Positions 36,502-50,709 of a DNA stretch of 64,000 nucleotides are shown here, in pieces. The notes beneath the pieces were generated by a model. It saw nothing but the letters and a program-made list of their open reading frames with translations, was not told the DNA's origin and made no database searches. The DNA lies in the NCBI RefSeq assembly GCF_001194135.2, contig NC_068991.1, forward strand, positions 32,019,609-32,083,608, given 5' to 3'. Numbering within the stretch: position 1 is the stretch's first letter; each line of letters begins with the position of its first letter. The stretch comes from Octopus bimaculoides (taxonomy: Eukaryota). Made by a program: the position numbers and the translations under genes.

Positions 36502-37539
36502 AGAGAGAGAGAGGGGGGAGTGAGTGAGAGAGTGAGTGAGTGAGTGAGAGAGAGAGAGAGTGGACAAAGGTGTAGAAACAATGATGGACTTCAGAACTTC
36601 ATTATTCCAAACAAATTATAAAGAGCTCTAATGGAAATGAAAAAGAAAAAAAATATTAATATAAAGATAAAAACTAGACCAGTAGTGTATTTAAAAAATG
36701 TTTAAAATAGAAGCTGTGCACCAATGTGTGTATGCAGACATGGCTGTGAAGTTAAGAAACATGTTTAGAAGTAATGAAAGAATTTATAAACTATTTAAGG
36801 AAACTGCATAATGAAGAACTTCAATGACTTGCAGCAGATCAGTAAAACAGCATTAGATGAGAGTGGATCAGATGAAACACATTATATAAGATGATTCTTA
36901 TATATTCATAAATCAATGCTCTAAAACAAACCAGTAAAAACCCAACCATATATCAAAAGATTTCATTTCTCTTAAAATCAGAAGATTTCTTTTTCATAAT
37001 AAACGGAATTTTTTTATTCAATTTTTCATTTTAGTAGTTCCCACCCATCCTTAAACAATTGCAATTTTAAAGCACAAATATTAGTGTTAAGACAGCCTGA
37101 CAAAACTAAACACATGCATATATAAGAAAATTCTTTGGTTACAGCAATATTTCATATTCAAGTAAAACAGAGGAGTCAGTTTTGTCGGCAATTGTTAATA
37201 CAAAAGTTTCAGAAAACGGAAACTACAGCTTCTATCATTTAAGCAACACAAATAATTAAGTATGTTGTATTGATGTTTTTATTACAGAATTGTTTCTATC
37301 GTATAATTTGAGTTTATTCTGCTTCTGCAATGCAACTGTAAACCAGTGGTTAGTTTATACACTATCTGCAGACACATCAGTCTTGTGATTTGAATTTGTT
37401 ACTTTCAGGGAAATACCATTTCACCTAGCTCTGAAGTATATTGTGGTTTTTAACACTATACTCTTTAAGTGGATATTTCTGAAAGAAAGAAAATTTCTAG
37501 CTTTTGAGTATTTAAACAATACACATTAAGTATGTCATT

Positions 37540-37799
37540 GAGGTTGTATACACATATACAAACATATATTCATATGTATATATATACATACATACATACA
37601 GACACACATGTATATACACATATACACAAATATACCCATGCACATATACACACACACACATACATACACATATATACAATATATATATATATACACATAC
37701 ACACACATATATATATATATATACACACATGTAGATATATACGCACACATTTATATATACACCCACACATGCATATACATGTATACCCTCCCCAACCAT

Positions 37800-37832
<33 letters not shown>

Positions 37833-37911
37833 ATATACATACATATATATATAATATACATATATATATATATACATATACATACATACATATACATACA
37901 TACATATACAT
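37540..37911. repeat. Long compound (TA)/(CA)/(TACA) microsatellite field running into a gap
   Basis: Directly visible. Similar arrays lie at 60-117, 25900-25985 ((AAT)n+(TA)n), 29195-29265 ((GA)n), 48165-48216 and 50657-50702 ((TG)n), 56224-56291 and 60780-60830 ((TA)n). Confidence 0.95.
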
Positions 37912-38669
37912 NNNNNNNNNNNNNNNNNNNNNNNNNNNNNNNNNNNNNNNNNNNNNNNNNNNNNNNNNNNNNNNNNNNNNNNNNNNNNNNNNNNNNNNNN
38001 NNNNNNNNNNNNNNNNNNNNNNNNNNNNNNNNNNNNNNNNNNNNNNNNNNNNNNNNNNNNNNNNNNNNNNNNNNNNNNNNNNNNNNNNNNNNNNNNNNNN
38101 NNNNNNNNNNNNNNNNNNNNNNNNNNNNNNNNNNNNNNNNNNNNNNNNNNNNNNNNNNNNNNNNNNNNNNNNNNNNNNNNNNNNNNNNNNNNNNNNNNNN
38201 NNNNNNNNNNNNNNNNNNNNNNNNNNNNNNNNNNNNNNNNNNNNNNNNNNNNNNNNNNNNNNNNNNNNNNNNNNNNNNNNNNNNNNNNNNNNNNNNNNNN
38301 NNNNNNNNNNNNNNNNNNNNNNNNNNNNNNNNNNNNNNNNNNNNNNNNNNNNNNNNNNNNNNNNNNNNNNNNNNNNNNNNNNNNNNNNNNNNNNNNNNNN
38401 NNNNNNNNNNNNNNNNNNNNNNNNNNNNNNNNNNNNNNNNNNNNNNNNNNNNNNNNNNNNNNNNNNNNNNNNNNNNNNNNNNNNNNNNNNNNNNNNNNNN
38501 NNNNNNNNNNNNNNNNNNNNNNNNNNNNNNNNNNNNNNNNNNNNNNNNNNNNNNNNNNNNNNNNNNNNNNNNNNNNNNNNNNNNNNNNNNNNNNNNNNNN
38601 NNNNNNNNNNNNNNNNNNNNNNNNNNNNNNNNNNNNNNNNNNNNNNNNNNNNNNNNNNNNNNNNNNNNN

Positions 38670-39850
38670 TAATGCATTAAAGAAAATCATTGAAGAAAAT
38701 GGGTTTCTTCTCGAACAGATTTTTAACATAGACAAAACTGGATTGTATTGGAAAAAACTGCCAGACTGTTCATTCATTTCCAAGGAGGAGAAAACTATTC
38801 TGGGCTACAAGGTCTCAAAAGAATGTGATCATTATGTTGGGAGGTAATTGTGCAGGAGATTTTCAGTTCAAGTCATTGCTTATGTATCATGCACACAACT
38901 CCGTGCCCTGAAGAACATACCCAAGGCATCTCTCCCTGTTATATGGATGGCAAATTCAAAAGCATGGGTTATTGTTGTTGTTTTTAAAGATTGGTTCTTC
39001 AATCACTTTATTCCAGTAGCAGAGAAGTACTGTGAGGAGAAAGGGATTCCTTTCAAGGTTTTACTTATCTTAAATAATGCTCCTGGCCACCCGCAAAACA
39101 TTGTAGATTTTGATCCCAACGTTACCATTCTATACCTCCCTCCGAACACCACACCCCTTCTGCAGCCAATGGATCAGGGAATAATTGCTATCTTCAAGCA
39201 TTACTATATGAAGCATACGCTGCAGCAAGCAATAGCTACAACTGATCTTGATGAGTCCATCACACTTTGTTACTTTTGGAAGAGATATGATATCTACAAG
39301 GCAGAACATAGCAGTGGCATAGAATGATGTACAGTGCACAGCTATGAATGGTGTATGGAAGAAGCTATGCCCGCAATTCGTGAATGATTTTAAGGGGTTT
39401 GATAATGTTGGCATCAACAAAATGTTGGTGACTACAAGCAAAGAACTGGAAATGGATTTGGAGGAGGAGGATTTCACAGATTTATTTGAAAAAGACAAGC
39501 AGCCCCTGACGAATGAGGATTTGATGGAGCTTCACAAGCAGCAAAATAAAGAAGAGGAAGTCAAACCGGAGCCACATCACTTTACTGTTAAGAAAATGCA
39601 GCAAGCATTTGCATATTTCGAAAAAGGTCTTTCTATGTTTGAAGATATGGATCCAAAATGCTCAATGCTTTTCCAAGATTATGGGGGCTTGTTATGAAGC
39701 TTTTGCTCCTTATAATGTAATCCTTGAGGAAAAGAAGAATACAGTTCAAGGAACTTTCAACCAGTTTTTTAAGCACACTGAACAACAAGAAAAGCCAGAG
39801 TCAGCTGTTGATGTTGATGATTCACAGCCATCTATATCTGCCATGTAAAC
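38670..39850 (+). mobile_element. Decayed Tigger/pogo (CENP-B-like DDE_1) transposase
   Basis: EQIFNIDKTGLYWKKLP, W.ANSKAW, KVLLILNNAPGHP and LYLPPNTTPLLQPMDQGII motifs, split by frameshifts. The 5' part is in the preceding gap. Confidence 0.9.
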
Positions 39851-41311
39851 TACCAAATTGTATGTCTGTATTGGTAAATTTAAAATAATTTAGTTTTTTT
39901 TTACTATTGCAAAATAATAATAATTACTGAATTTGTTTTTTAAGCTTAAAAAAGACTTTTATTTTACCATGTCTTATTGCAAACCGCATTCATAAATAAA
40001 GCGTCTGTGATCTGCTTTTTTTTTTTACTGTATTGTATTAAAAAATAAAAATTATTTGTGTGTAAGCTTAAAATAGGATTTTATTAACCATGTATTATTG
40101 AAAATGCATTCATAAATAAAGTCCAGAACTGGGAATGGTTATTATCAGCTTAGCCTAGAGACAAGTTAATTTGACTTGAGTCGTGTCTCCTGGAACCAAT
40201 TAATGATGTAGGGTGAAGTATATAGTTGGAGCAAGGAAGACATGTTCTTGTTTGTCTCCTGTCCTAGCTTGATTCACACATTCGCCACCACAACCTCGTT
40301 TAGGCTTAGCAGCCCGTGTTTGTTTTCACCTATTTTGACCCCCCACAAAATCTCAAATTTTATTTAATTTGCTTTACAGGAGCAACTGTTTTATTAAAAG
40401 CATATATTGTTGTTAAATGCTCAAAATACGAGACTAGAAAAACAGCCAACAACTGATGAAGGGTCATTCTTCATGTTGTTTGTTTTGTTTTCCATTTGTG
40501 TCTTTTGTTGTTCGAAAGAATAGTTCATGTTCTATGTACTCGTGCTTTGTCCTTTCTTTTGTTGTACACGTTGCATGACGTCCAGTGCCCACATATGCAT
40601 ATATATATATATATATATANNNNNNNNNNNNNNNNNNNNNNNNNNNNNNNNNNNNNNNNNNNNNNNNNNNNNNNNNNNNNNNNNNNNNNNNNNNNNNNNN
40701 NNNNNNNNNNNNNNNNNNNNNNNNNNNNNNNNNNNNNNNNNNNNNNNNNNNNNNNNNNNNNNNNNNNNNNNNNNNNNNNNNNNNNNNNNNNNNNNNNNNN
40801 NNNNNNNNNNNNNNNNNNNNNNNNNNNNNNNNNNNNNNNNNNNNNNNNNNNNNNNNNNNNNNNNNNNNNNNNNNNNNNNNNNNNNNNNNNNNNNNNNNNN
40901 NNNNNNNNNNNNNNNNNNNNNNNNNNNNNNNNNNNNNNNNNNNNNNNNNNNNNNNNNNNNNNNNNNNNNNNNNNNNNNNNNNNNNNNNNNNNNNNNNNNN
41001 NNNNNNNNNNNNNNNNNNNNNNNNNNNNNNNNNNNNNNNNNNNNNNNNNNNNNNNNNNNNNNNNNNNNNNNNNNNNNNNNNNNNNNNNNNNNNNNNNNNN
41101 NNNNNNNNNNNNNNNNNNNNNNNNNNNNNNNNNNNNNNNNNNNNNNNNNNNNNNNNNNNNNNNNNNNNNNNNNNNNNNNNNNNNNNNNNNNNNNNNNNNN
41201 NNNNNNNNNNNNNNNNNNNNNNNNNNNNNNNNNNNNNNNNNNNNNNNNNNNNNNNNNNNNNNNNNNNNNNNNNNTATATATATATACATACACACACACA
41301 CACACACACAC

Positions 41312-42557
41312 ATCACTAAAGTGACAAAAGTTAGTACCAGCATTGTTAGAAATAAGAGCCAAAACAACTCTTAGTCATGAGAACACACTTATCTTATTGA
41401 CTTCACATTTGATTAATGCTCGTCAGTGACTCTTACCCAGCAGCCTAGGGTTAAGCTCACTCACCTTGTCAGTTTATAAGAGTTACTGTGGAAATCTCAC
41501 ACTGATTTCATAAATGGTAAAAGTGCAAATTATAAATAATAATGCTGGCTTATTCGAAACTTAACAACTGAAAGGCAGAACTATAGATGTTACTAAATTG
41601 ACTAAGCGTACTAGTTAGCACCAGCATTGCTAGAAATATGGGTCAAAACAGCTCTTAGCCATGAGAACACACTTATCTTATGACTGACAAGGAAGACAGG
41701 CTCCCTACAACATCTGGAGCATAGTCAGATCACCAGTGACTTTGCATTTGATTAATGCTTGTCAGTGGCCCTTCCTCAGCAGCCTAGGGTTAAGCTTGCT
41801 CACCTTGTCAGTTTATAAGAGTTACCACAGAACTCCCACGTTGATTTCATAAATGGTAAAAGTGAAAATTATAAATAATAAAGGTGGTTTATTTGCAATT
41901 TAACAACCGAAAGGCAGAACTATAGATGTCACTAAAGTAACTAAGAGAACTAGTTAGCACCAGCATTGCTAGAATTAAGAGTCAAAACAACTCTTAGCCA
42001 TGAGAACGCACTTATCTTATGACTGACAAGGGAGGCAGGTTCCCTACAACATCGAGTGCATAACCATATCACCAATGAGTTCACACTTGATTAATGCTGA
42101 TCAGTGGTTCTTACCTGGCTGTCTAGCAATGCTGGTGCTAAGTAGTACCCTTAGTCACTTTAGTGACATCTATAGTTCTGCATTTTGGTTGTTAAATTGT
42201 GAATAAGACACTTTTATTATATATAATTTTCACTTTTACCATTTATGAAATCAGCACAGGATTTCTATGGTAACACTTATAAACTGACAAGATGAGCAAG
42301 CTTAACCCCAGGCTGCCGAATAAGAGCCACTGATGAGCATTAATCAAATGTGAAATCACTGGTGATCTGGCTATGCCCCGGATGTTGTGGGGAGCCTGCT
42401 TCCCTTGTCAGTCATAAGATAAGTACATTCTCATGGATAAGAGTTGTTTTGACTGTTATTTCTAGCAATACTAGTGCTAACTAGTACCCTTAGTCACTTT
42501 AGTGACATCTATAGTTCTGCCTTTCGGTTGTTAAATTGTGAATAAACTACCTTCATT
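41312..42557. repeat. ~338-bp satellite: about 2.6 forward copies then about 1.3 reverse copies
   Basis: Forward unit starts near 41313, 41591 and 41929. From ~42122 the sequence is the reverse complement of the unit (tctagcaatgctggtgcta...gtcactttagtgacatctatagttctgc). Confidence 0.9.
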
Positions 42558-42564
42558 ACTTACA

Positions 42565-43558
42565 TCTACTACATATGTGGAAAATTCTGTCTATGGGTGT
42601 GTTTGTGGAGTTGTTAGCTAACTCCTCCTACATCGTTTTATTGATTTTAATGAAACTTGACACATGAGTAGAAGTCATGTCTGGAAACCTCATGGCATAC
42701 TCAGATTGTTAAAAAAAAAATCGATAATAGGGCGCCTGGAAGGGATCCTTATATATATATATAAACAAATAGTAAATGAGTATATGCATATATACGTACA
42801 GGTATGTGCACACCGACATCCACCTGTATGTATAGGTGCATATCTGGGTACAGGACATTGCAAACCATATATATATATATATATATCTAATATATTTCAT
42901 TTTAACAGCCAAGGGAAACAACCCATTCATTTTCCTAAATCATTTGGTAATAAATCAAATCAAGTATGCTTATTTCTTAGTATTTGAACTGTTAGAGTTA
43001 TTTTCACAATTTATCCAGTACAATCCTTAAACAAGTAAATAGTATTTTTCTAAACAATAGATCCACTTATTTTGGTTAGTCACTTGTTCACGAATATACC
43101 ACGACTAGCGCTGCTGAGGGTAATATTCTCTGGGAACGCACAAAAGCCCTTTTCAGAGTTATTTACTTTGAATTGTTATTATCTCATCAGCCTGTTATTA
43201 CGTAACAGGCTTCACAATTTTAGTATACTTACCTTATTAGTATTTCCTCCTAAGTTCCATATACTATGGGAATGCATTAAAACCCTTTTCGGGGTTACTT
43301 TATTTGAATTTTTACTATTGGGTAACTAATTTCATGTTATTACATAACTGAATTCACAATTTGGGTATTCATAACTTATTGGAAATTCCTAAAAACAAGA
43401 TCCTGTGTAAGACAGTTTGGTATTCTCTGTAAATGCACAAAAACCGTTTAGAGGGCTACATACTTTGTATTGTTGTTATTGGATTAGTGAAACAATTATG
43501 AGAATGGAACCAAGGGATAAGCCCCGCTTTTCCGGGAATTGCCAGGTATGTCAGCTAG
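42565..43558 (+). mobile_element. Probable non-autonomous Helitron
   Basis: A|TCTACTA start and ...ccgggaattgccaggtatgtcagCTAG|T end with a degenerate subterminal hairpin, no TSD. Internal ~140-160-bp repeats near 43128, 43265 and 43427. Confidence 0.6.
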
Positions 43559-44799
43559 TACATACATATGTACACATTCACTCTCTCTGCTGCAACTGGT
43601 GGCTAGACATTTAAAATTAGTGCTTAAACTGGTTTCCTTTCTTCTAAAAAATACCTCTACATTCAGAGGATTGACAGAATCAGTAGAGCAACAGACAAAA
43701 TACCTTCTGTTATTTGGTCATATTCTTTTACATTCTGAGTTCATATCCTGTCCAGTTCTACTTTATCTTTCATCAGTATGAAGTGATACCCCAGTATAGC
43801 AACAGTTTGTGACTGCACCCTTTGCTACCATCAAAAAGAACTAAAACAAAGACAGTAAACGTTTCTATAAATTTTAGGAATTTGTGTTTTGAAAAGGACT
43901 TTTAATTAATGCATTTTAAGTATGAATATTTCTTTTTGTTTTGATATTTTATAAAACTAAAGCTAAGTCATTGCCAGGTGTATCTGTGTAGTCACTGCTA
44001 ATCCACCCAACATATCTTCTAACTAATAGCCATATAACAAATGAAAGGAACTATTAATTCACAATTACATTATGATGATGATGATTCACAATGACATCAA
44101 AAACTACTTTTAAACCACCATATGTTAAAGTTCTGTAAGGAAACTGAAATAAAAGTCAAGATTAAATCCCCAACTCCTATTTAACTGGTACTTTATCAAG
44201 CCTGAAAGGATGAAAAGCAAAGATGACTCCAGGACATGAAGGGATGTAACAAATTAACACAATGTATTTTGTCTGCTGTTGAAATAATTCAACCCACTGG
44301 CTGACTTGAACAATGGAATTATGAAAAACCAAGAGTAATGTGCCTACTTGATAATTTAATAATACAGTCCAGGTGAGAAACATCATCTCATTAATAATAG
44401 ATTAGGCTTTAATGAAAAGATAACAGAAAGAGGAAGAAGTAAAAAGAGAGAACCAATGAAGAAAGTATCTAATGTAAGGAAGCTCAGATTGCTTCCTAGA
44501 TAGACATATCCACTATACTGCTTCTAAGATAGAACAAATGCTAAAAATGCAGGGAGGAAATCTATAGACAATATTATTAGAATGAGGGAAATTCAGAGAA
44601 CTTCAGAACTTTCTATTCTGATGACATTATTTAAAATATATCGCAGTATTATTTGGTAGAATAATGAGTGAAGGTCATGGATGGAGGATATCATTATATG
44701 AAGGGCAACATTTTAATACTCACAGCTTGCATGGAAAGTGATTTTATAAAATGTCAAATGATACTACCCACCTCTTTAACTAAAGCAGTAAATTATCTG

Positions 44800-45260
44800 A
44801 ATTAGTTTGGAGATATTAGGCAGTAGATGATGGCGATAGTGGTGATATCAACTCCAACTTGACACCAGTTTCCCTCCAGGTGATTTGCCAACTCTGAGAT
44901 GGTGCACAGTCTTGTGTCCCATATAAATTCACAAACATAAGTCATGCAGACCTGACCACCAGGGTTGAATATTCCCACTGGGTTATAGAAAAATAAAATG
45001 CAGTGACAGGGTGATCTGTTCAACAAAAACAGCGGCTTGCAAATTTTAGACATCTTTGATAATCTGGATGATGAGTGTAAAGATCCATATAGTGACTTGT
45101 TTGATATATGGTTGACATAAGAGATGTTAAAGGCCTTGTGCAGAAGTTGAGTGTATGTACCATAAAGCAGAACAGATTCTACTGGCATAGTTTTAGGTTG
45201 TGTGACAGTTGTGGTGCTTTCCAAATTGTCCATAGCTTGTCTGATGCAGACCATGTTATT
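44800..45260 (-). mobile_element. Decayed RTE-like LINE C-terminal fragment
   Basis: ORF 44802-45254 contains GTYTQLLHKAFNISYVNHISNKSLYG, resembling the RTE post-RT YTRLLR.ALNISW..HI.N..LYG region. Confidence 0.55.
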
Positions 45261-46371
45261 GCTTTATGAATGTTAACATATGTGCTGGGTCAGCAAATAC
45301 AAGAGGCCAGATAACAGAAATTGACAGTTGACTCAATGGGCCCCAATGGAAGTGTAAGATAACACACAACAGCATTTTTACCAAAGATTGTGGTCTTTGT
45401 CTTCAAGTGGTTTATGGAGAGACCAAATTCAATAACAGCTGACTCCAATCTCACCAATATTCCAACTGATGAAATTACCTTTGATGAAATATCAACATAA
45501 TGATGATGATGATAATATTGATGGTGACAATAATGATGACATTAGGAATAGCTGTGGTAACAATATTGTTACCTCAACAAAAGGAATAAATAAATGTCTG
45601 TCTGTGTGTTACATACACTTTTGGATATTTGTAAACATGATAAACTTTGGAAATTCATTAAAAAAGAGAAATGATGTAAATTATTTGATATTTAGTAAAA
45701 AAGACATTCATAAAAGTCCCTCAACCTAGTAGAAATAGCAGCTAAATGTCCCTCAAAACATACCCTACTATCTAAGGAAATCCACATAATATAGTTGAGA
45801 CATTGTGTTTGAGAATAATAGAGACAGTTATGGCTGGGACAATTATGATCACAGATTGAGTGGGCAGAAGACACTTCCTGTCAGAGACTGACTAAAGTAA
45901 CAAGAAGAATATTTTTATCTAGTTAGAGATGTGAAAATGTAGCAGAACAAGCAATTATTTTGCCCTCCAACCCAACTACTATGCAGGTTTTATGGGAAAC
46001 AACAAAGCCCTCCATATTTTTGTTTTCCTACACTTCGTCAATGTTAGGTTAATCAATTTTAATATGATCATCTGGACATTATTAACCACTTAATTGCAAA
46101 GTATGTGTGTCAGTGGAGCAGAATTCCTGTGGCCTATCAAAAGGTACAAAACCATGTGCTAGGATTTGAACTCATATCAAAAATCTTAACTCTTAACTTC
46201 AGCCTGCTGCCACATAACTATGTGCTTTATACTGTCTGTCTGTCTCTCAAACATCCACCTCCCATAGGTGATATTTATACATTCACAAAACCACATAAAT
46301 TCTGCATGGCTGACAAACATCTCCAAATTAAAGCTGAAGGGCAATAACCCAATGTCTATATCTAATGAACA

Positions 46372-46772
46372 AGGTGCAGGTGTGGCTGTATGGTAAGAAG
46401 CTTGCTTCTCAACCACATGGTTCTGGGTTCAGTTCCCCAGTGTGACACTTTGGACAAGTGTCTTCTACTGTAGCCTCGAGCTGACCAAAGCCTTGTGGTA
46501 GATGGAAACTGAAAGAAGCCTGTCATATATATATATGTATATATCTGTATGTCTGTCTTTGTGTCTGTGTTTGTCCCCCACCACTGCTTGACAACTGATG
46601 TTGATATGTTTATGTCCCTGTAACTTAGCAGTTTGGCAAAAGAGGCTGATAGAAAAAGTACTAGGCTTAAGAAAATTTTTAAAAGTCCTGGGGTCAATTT
46701 ATTTGACTAAAGTTCTTCAAGGTGGTGCCCCAGCATGGCAGCAATCAAAATGACTGCAACAAGTAAAAGATA
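46372..46772 (+). mobile_element. SINE (family A)
   Basis: aggtgcaggtgtggctgtatggtaagaagcttgcttctcaaccacatggttctgggttcag...aagtaaaagata. Confidence 0.8.
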
Positions 46773-48160
46773 AACTTCTTTAGGTTTTTCTCTCTCTCTA
46801 CTCCATCCTTTTCCTGAATGTTTGCAGTCCTCCATGGATCCTAACAACACAGTTACTAATCATCTAATAGCTTCAGTTGCAATTACATACCCCACCTCCT
46901 GGCACCATGGTAGCTACTCTTCCACCCCCACCTTACATCACGCCGACAACCTGAAAATACCAAGTAAGACCTCCCTCCTCCGGTAATGGAGATAACCTCG
47001 TACCTCTTTGTTTCCACAAGAAATTATTGATAAAATTACTTCTTGGTTTAGTGATAACAAAACTTTGTCTTAGAAAGTAATTTTGAATCAGAATTGATAC
47101 AAGGTAAAAATGAGGGTCATTTTATCCCTGCCTCTAGTATGCATGGCATGATAAGGTGAACCCATATATGCTGTAAAGTGGTTGATGGTAGGAAGAACGT
47201 CAAGCTATAGAAACCTTAGACACAAAACTAACACAACAACGATTGGAGCTTTTATCTGTTTTTGTTGTTGCATAACAGACACTGACAGAACACAAGAAGT
47301 AACGTGATAATGTGGGCTATATCTAGCATGGTAAAGTGGATGTTAAATGATGATGATAATGTATTTATAAACTCACACATTGTTATAATAAATAGATTGA
47401 AGGTGTTCAGTTAATTAGTATTGTGATAATTAAAGACGATAATTAACATATCCACTTTGTTTCAGGAATGTTGGTAAATATTGTTGACCACACCTTGTCT
47501 GTTAAACTGTGTAGACATATTTATAGTGAGTAGAAATTTTCAGACATTTGCAGATACACATTTCTAGGAAAGTTAATTTATCTAATTATATCTTTATAAC
47601 CAAATATATGAAAAATAAATGATAAAGCCTGTGGTAATATAAGGATAAATGATATCGATAGCAAACAATGAAATATGATAACAGAATTCAGGATCTTATT
47701 ACAGACATCATTGCTATCAGTCACATCTAATTTCTCACTGAAGTGAGACAGGTTCTACTAGGTCACATTTAGAACAATGACAAATTGTCAATGCCAAGTA
47801 GTTTGTTTTGATTAGAAACTGTGTAGCAAAAACTTATGGATGTTCTAGAAACTTGTTTAGGCTCTCAGGCTACCTAGAAACGTGAGTAACATAAAACAGA
47901 AACTTAGCCAACAATTAACCACCGGTTGATTGATTAAAAGCGTGCTCATTAAGAGCTACTAAAATCTATTGTTTACAATTGGTCTAAACTGTTTTACTAA
48001 CTGAAATCCAAAATATTCATTATAGTTAAATAATGATACTGAAAATCAAACCCAATATAAAAGTACACCTTAATATTTAGCTTTGACTAACTCTCAAAAT
48101 CAAACCCTTGATGATGATCTTAAGCCATAACTAGTCTATAAATAATTCAGGAGTTATAAT

Positions 48161-48219
<59 letters not shown>

Positions 48220-49199
48220 CAATTGAGTTGTGGTCCTCCTTCCTAACTACTGAATGTGACAAACTTTTAACAGTGTTGGCAAAGACATTAAAGAAATACT
48301 CAATGCCAACTTAGTAAAATTATGTTTTCTCTTAACTGGCATAATGGGCATACAGAACACCATGTTAGCATCACTGATTCTATGAGCACTAACAAAAAGA
48401 ACTACTCTAAACAACAACAATGTAACAATCTCTCTCTCTGCTTCTCAGAATATTAAAGAGATACAAACTTTGACTAAAACTGCGACAAATACAATATGTA
48501 TTTGTAGCTATCATAAGTATTTATAAACTTTTGAGAGAACGTAGCATAATTCTTTTTTGGAATTGGATCTTGAAGTACAGATAAAGCTATAAACAATATT
48601 TATATTGAGTTTGAAAATCCTTTTGGATAGCTTTCTACTTGGAGATCCAATTTCAAAAAAGAATAATTCTGCAATATGTATAGTTAGAAGTTACATCATA
48701 TAAATATCTATCAATATATTTCATATCCATGTTAAATAAAACATTCTGTTTTTCTCTCTTAAACATAGGCACATCTGAAAATAAATATGAAAATGAAATT
48801 TGGAAAATGTTTATGTAAAACAGTTCAAATATTTATTCTTCTGTAGGACATGGTAGGTTCTTGTTTTACTGCTAATTCTTCAAACCAAGAAAATGCTTCT
48901 CTTAAGAAACAAGGAAACAATGTAAATAAGAGTAAAAAGAAAACACACACACACACAGTTGTTTTTCCAATCCCATTGCAAGCCTTTTGGGGCAAGTAGC
49001 TTTTGCTCAAGACTTGCCTTAAGCAATGTCTTATAAATGGGGTTTCAGAGGTAGAAACTTGACGCATGTGTACGCGCGTGTATATGCATGTGTCTATTTA
49101 CATTTGCCACTTTTAACTGGTGTGTCAAATTAAGTCTCTTTATGTCAAACAATAACAAAGCTATTTAATATAATGCGTCTGTGAGTGAATGGTGAGTGT

Positions 49200-50400
49200 T
49201 GTCATAGAAACATCTGCAAAATATGAGCAACACTCCATTGTGGATCACACCTAAGATGAAATATTTTCTGACTTTAAAGAAGAAAATTTAATATCTGGGA
49301 TTCTATCATTCATGTGCAAAATAGGGGGCATATAGTGAAAAGGCCAAGGTTATTAAGTCCCCAGGGTGAAGTATCCACTATGTAATCTCTTTTGTATAGG
49401 ATAATAAGGAAAAACTGAAGGGTATGTATATGTCATTAAAGTATAGAAGGAGGGCCATCTTAGTCATACAGCAGGGCTGTTAGAATGTGGATGAAGGAGA
49501 GTCATGTGAAGGTATGCTGTCACAGAGTAGTTTGACAGGAAACTTGTGTACCATGAACATAAGTGCTACTTTCTGAATCGTTTCAGTTTAGAGTTTGTAG
49601 GTAGAGGGATCTGTCTGCTATGTCAGTGGAAACCTTTTTGGTAAAGAAGTAGAAAGCCCAATTACAATATGGGAGGTGTAACAGCTTGCAGAGATGTGTA
49701 ATATGTGAAACCATGGACATATAGCAGATATGATGGTTAAATAACTCACAGAGTCCTTTACTTATGGTTTTCTAAATATGCAAGTCTTGGTAATGGACAC
49801 AGCAATAAGGACGGTGTTGGTCTCAAATAAGTAAATGATGAAGCATATTTGGTGTTGCTAAGTGAGGTCAGAATAGAATCAGAGATAACTTTTGATTAAT
49901 TAGCTTTCTCTAAGAAGCAGAGACTTGGAGAAAGGTTGTTGAAGTGACATGAGATGTGAAGTAGAGTACCTTGATTAGGTGCTATGGGGACATAAACAAT
50001 GATAGCTGGATAAAGATGGTGTTTCAATGTGAGGAAGAACTCAAAAGTAATTGAAGAGTTGATGTGTTGGCCAGAGATAGGGACAGGGAAGGATTCTAAC
50101 TGGTGCAGAGACATTAAGCAAAGCCAGTGCGAGAGGAAAGAGGGAAGAAAGAGAAGTTGTGTTCATTAAAATATCTGAACCTGTAACTACAGAGAGCGGG
50201 GAGTGAAGAGAAATATCTGTAATGGAGAATGGAAGTCAAGTAACATGCATTAGCTGGAGTTCAAAGAGATGAACTTAAAGAAATAGAAAAATGGTGTTAA
50301 CGAGTGTGGTGTGGGGAGTGAATTCTATGAATGTACAGACAGAATTTGGAACGCAGAATGAACAGTAGAGATGGGAAATCAGTAGCCTCTAGTGAACCTC
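49200..50400 (-). mobile_element. Possible very decayed LINE (endonuclease region)
   Basis: Higher-GC, coding-like stretch with fragmentary endonuclease-like peptide (ORF 49896-50114). No clean motif. Confidence 0.3.
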
Positions 50401-50653
50401 TTGCAATCCTGTAGCTATTAGACAATTATGTACCAGCTGCTGAAAAATTACATGTCACCTGTACTCCTCAATAGGACCATGTAACCCCAACAGACAACAA
50501 CCACAAGTTATCTATATTCTTGTAGAGTACCATCTAGCCTCAGCAAACAACAGCTACAAGTCATCTATACTTCCGCAGAGTACCAGCTAACCCCAAGAAA
50601 TACACAACTAAAACCATAAAAATCCCCTGATATCTTAACAGGCTTTTATGCAA

Positions 50654-50709
<56 letters not shown>

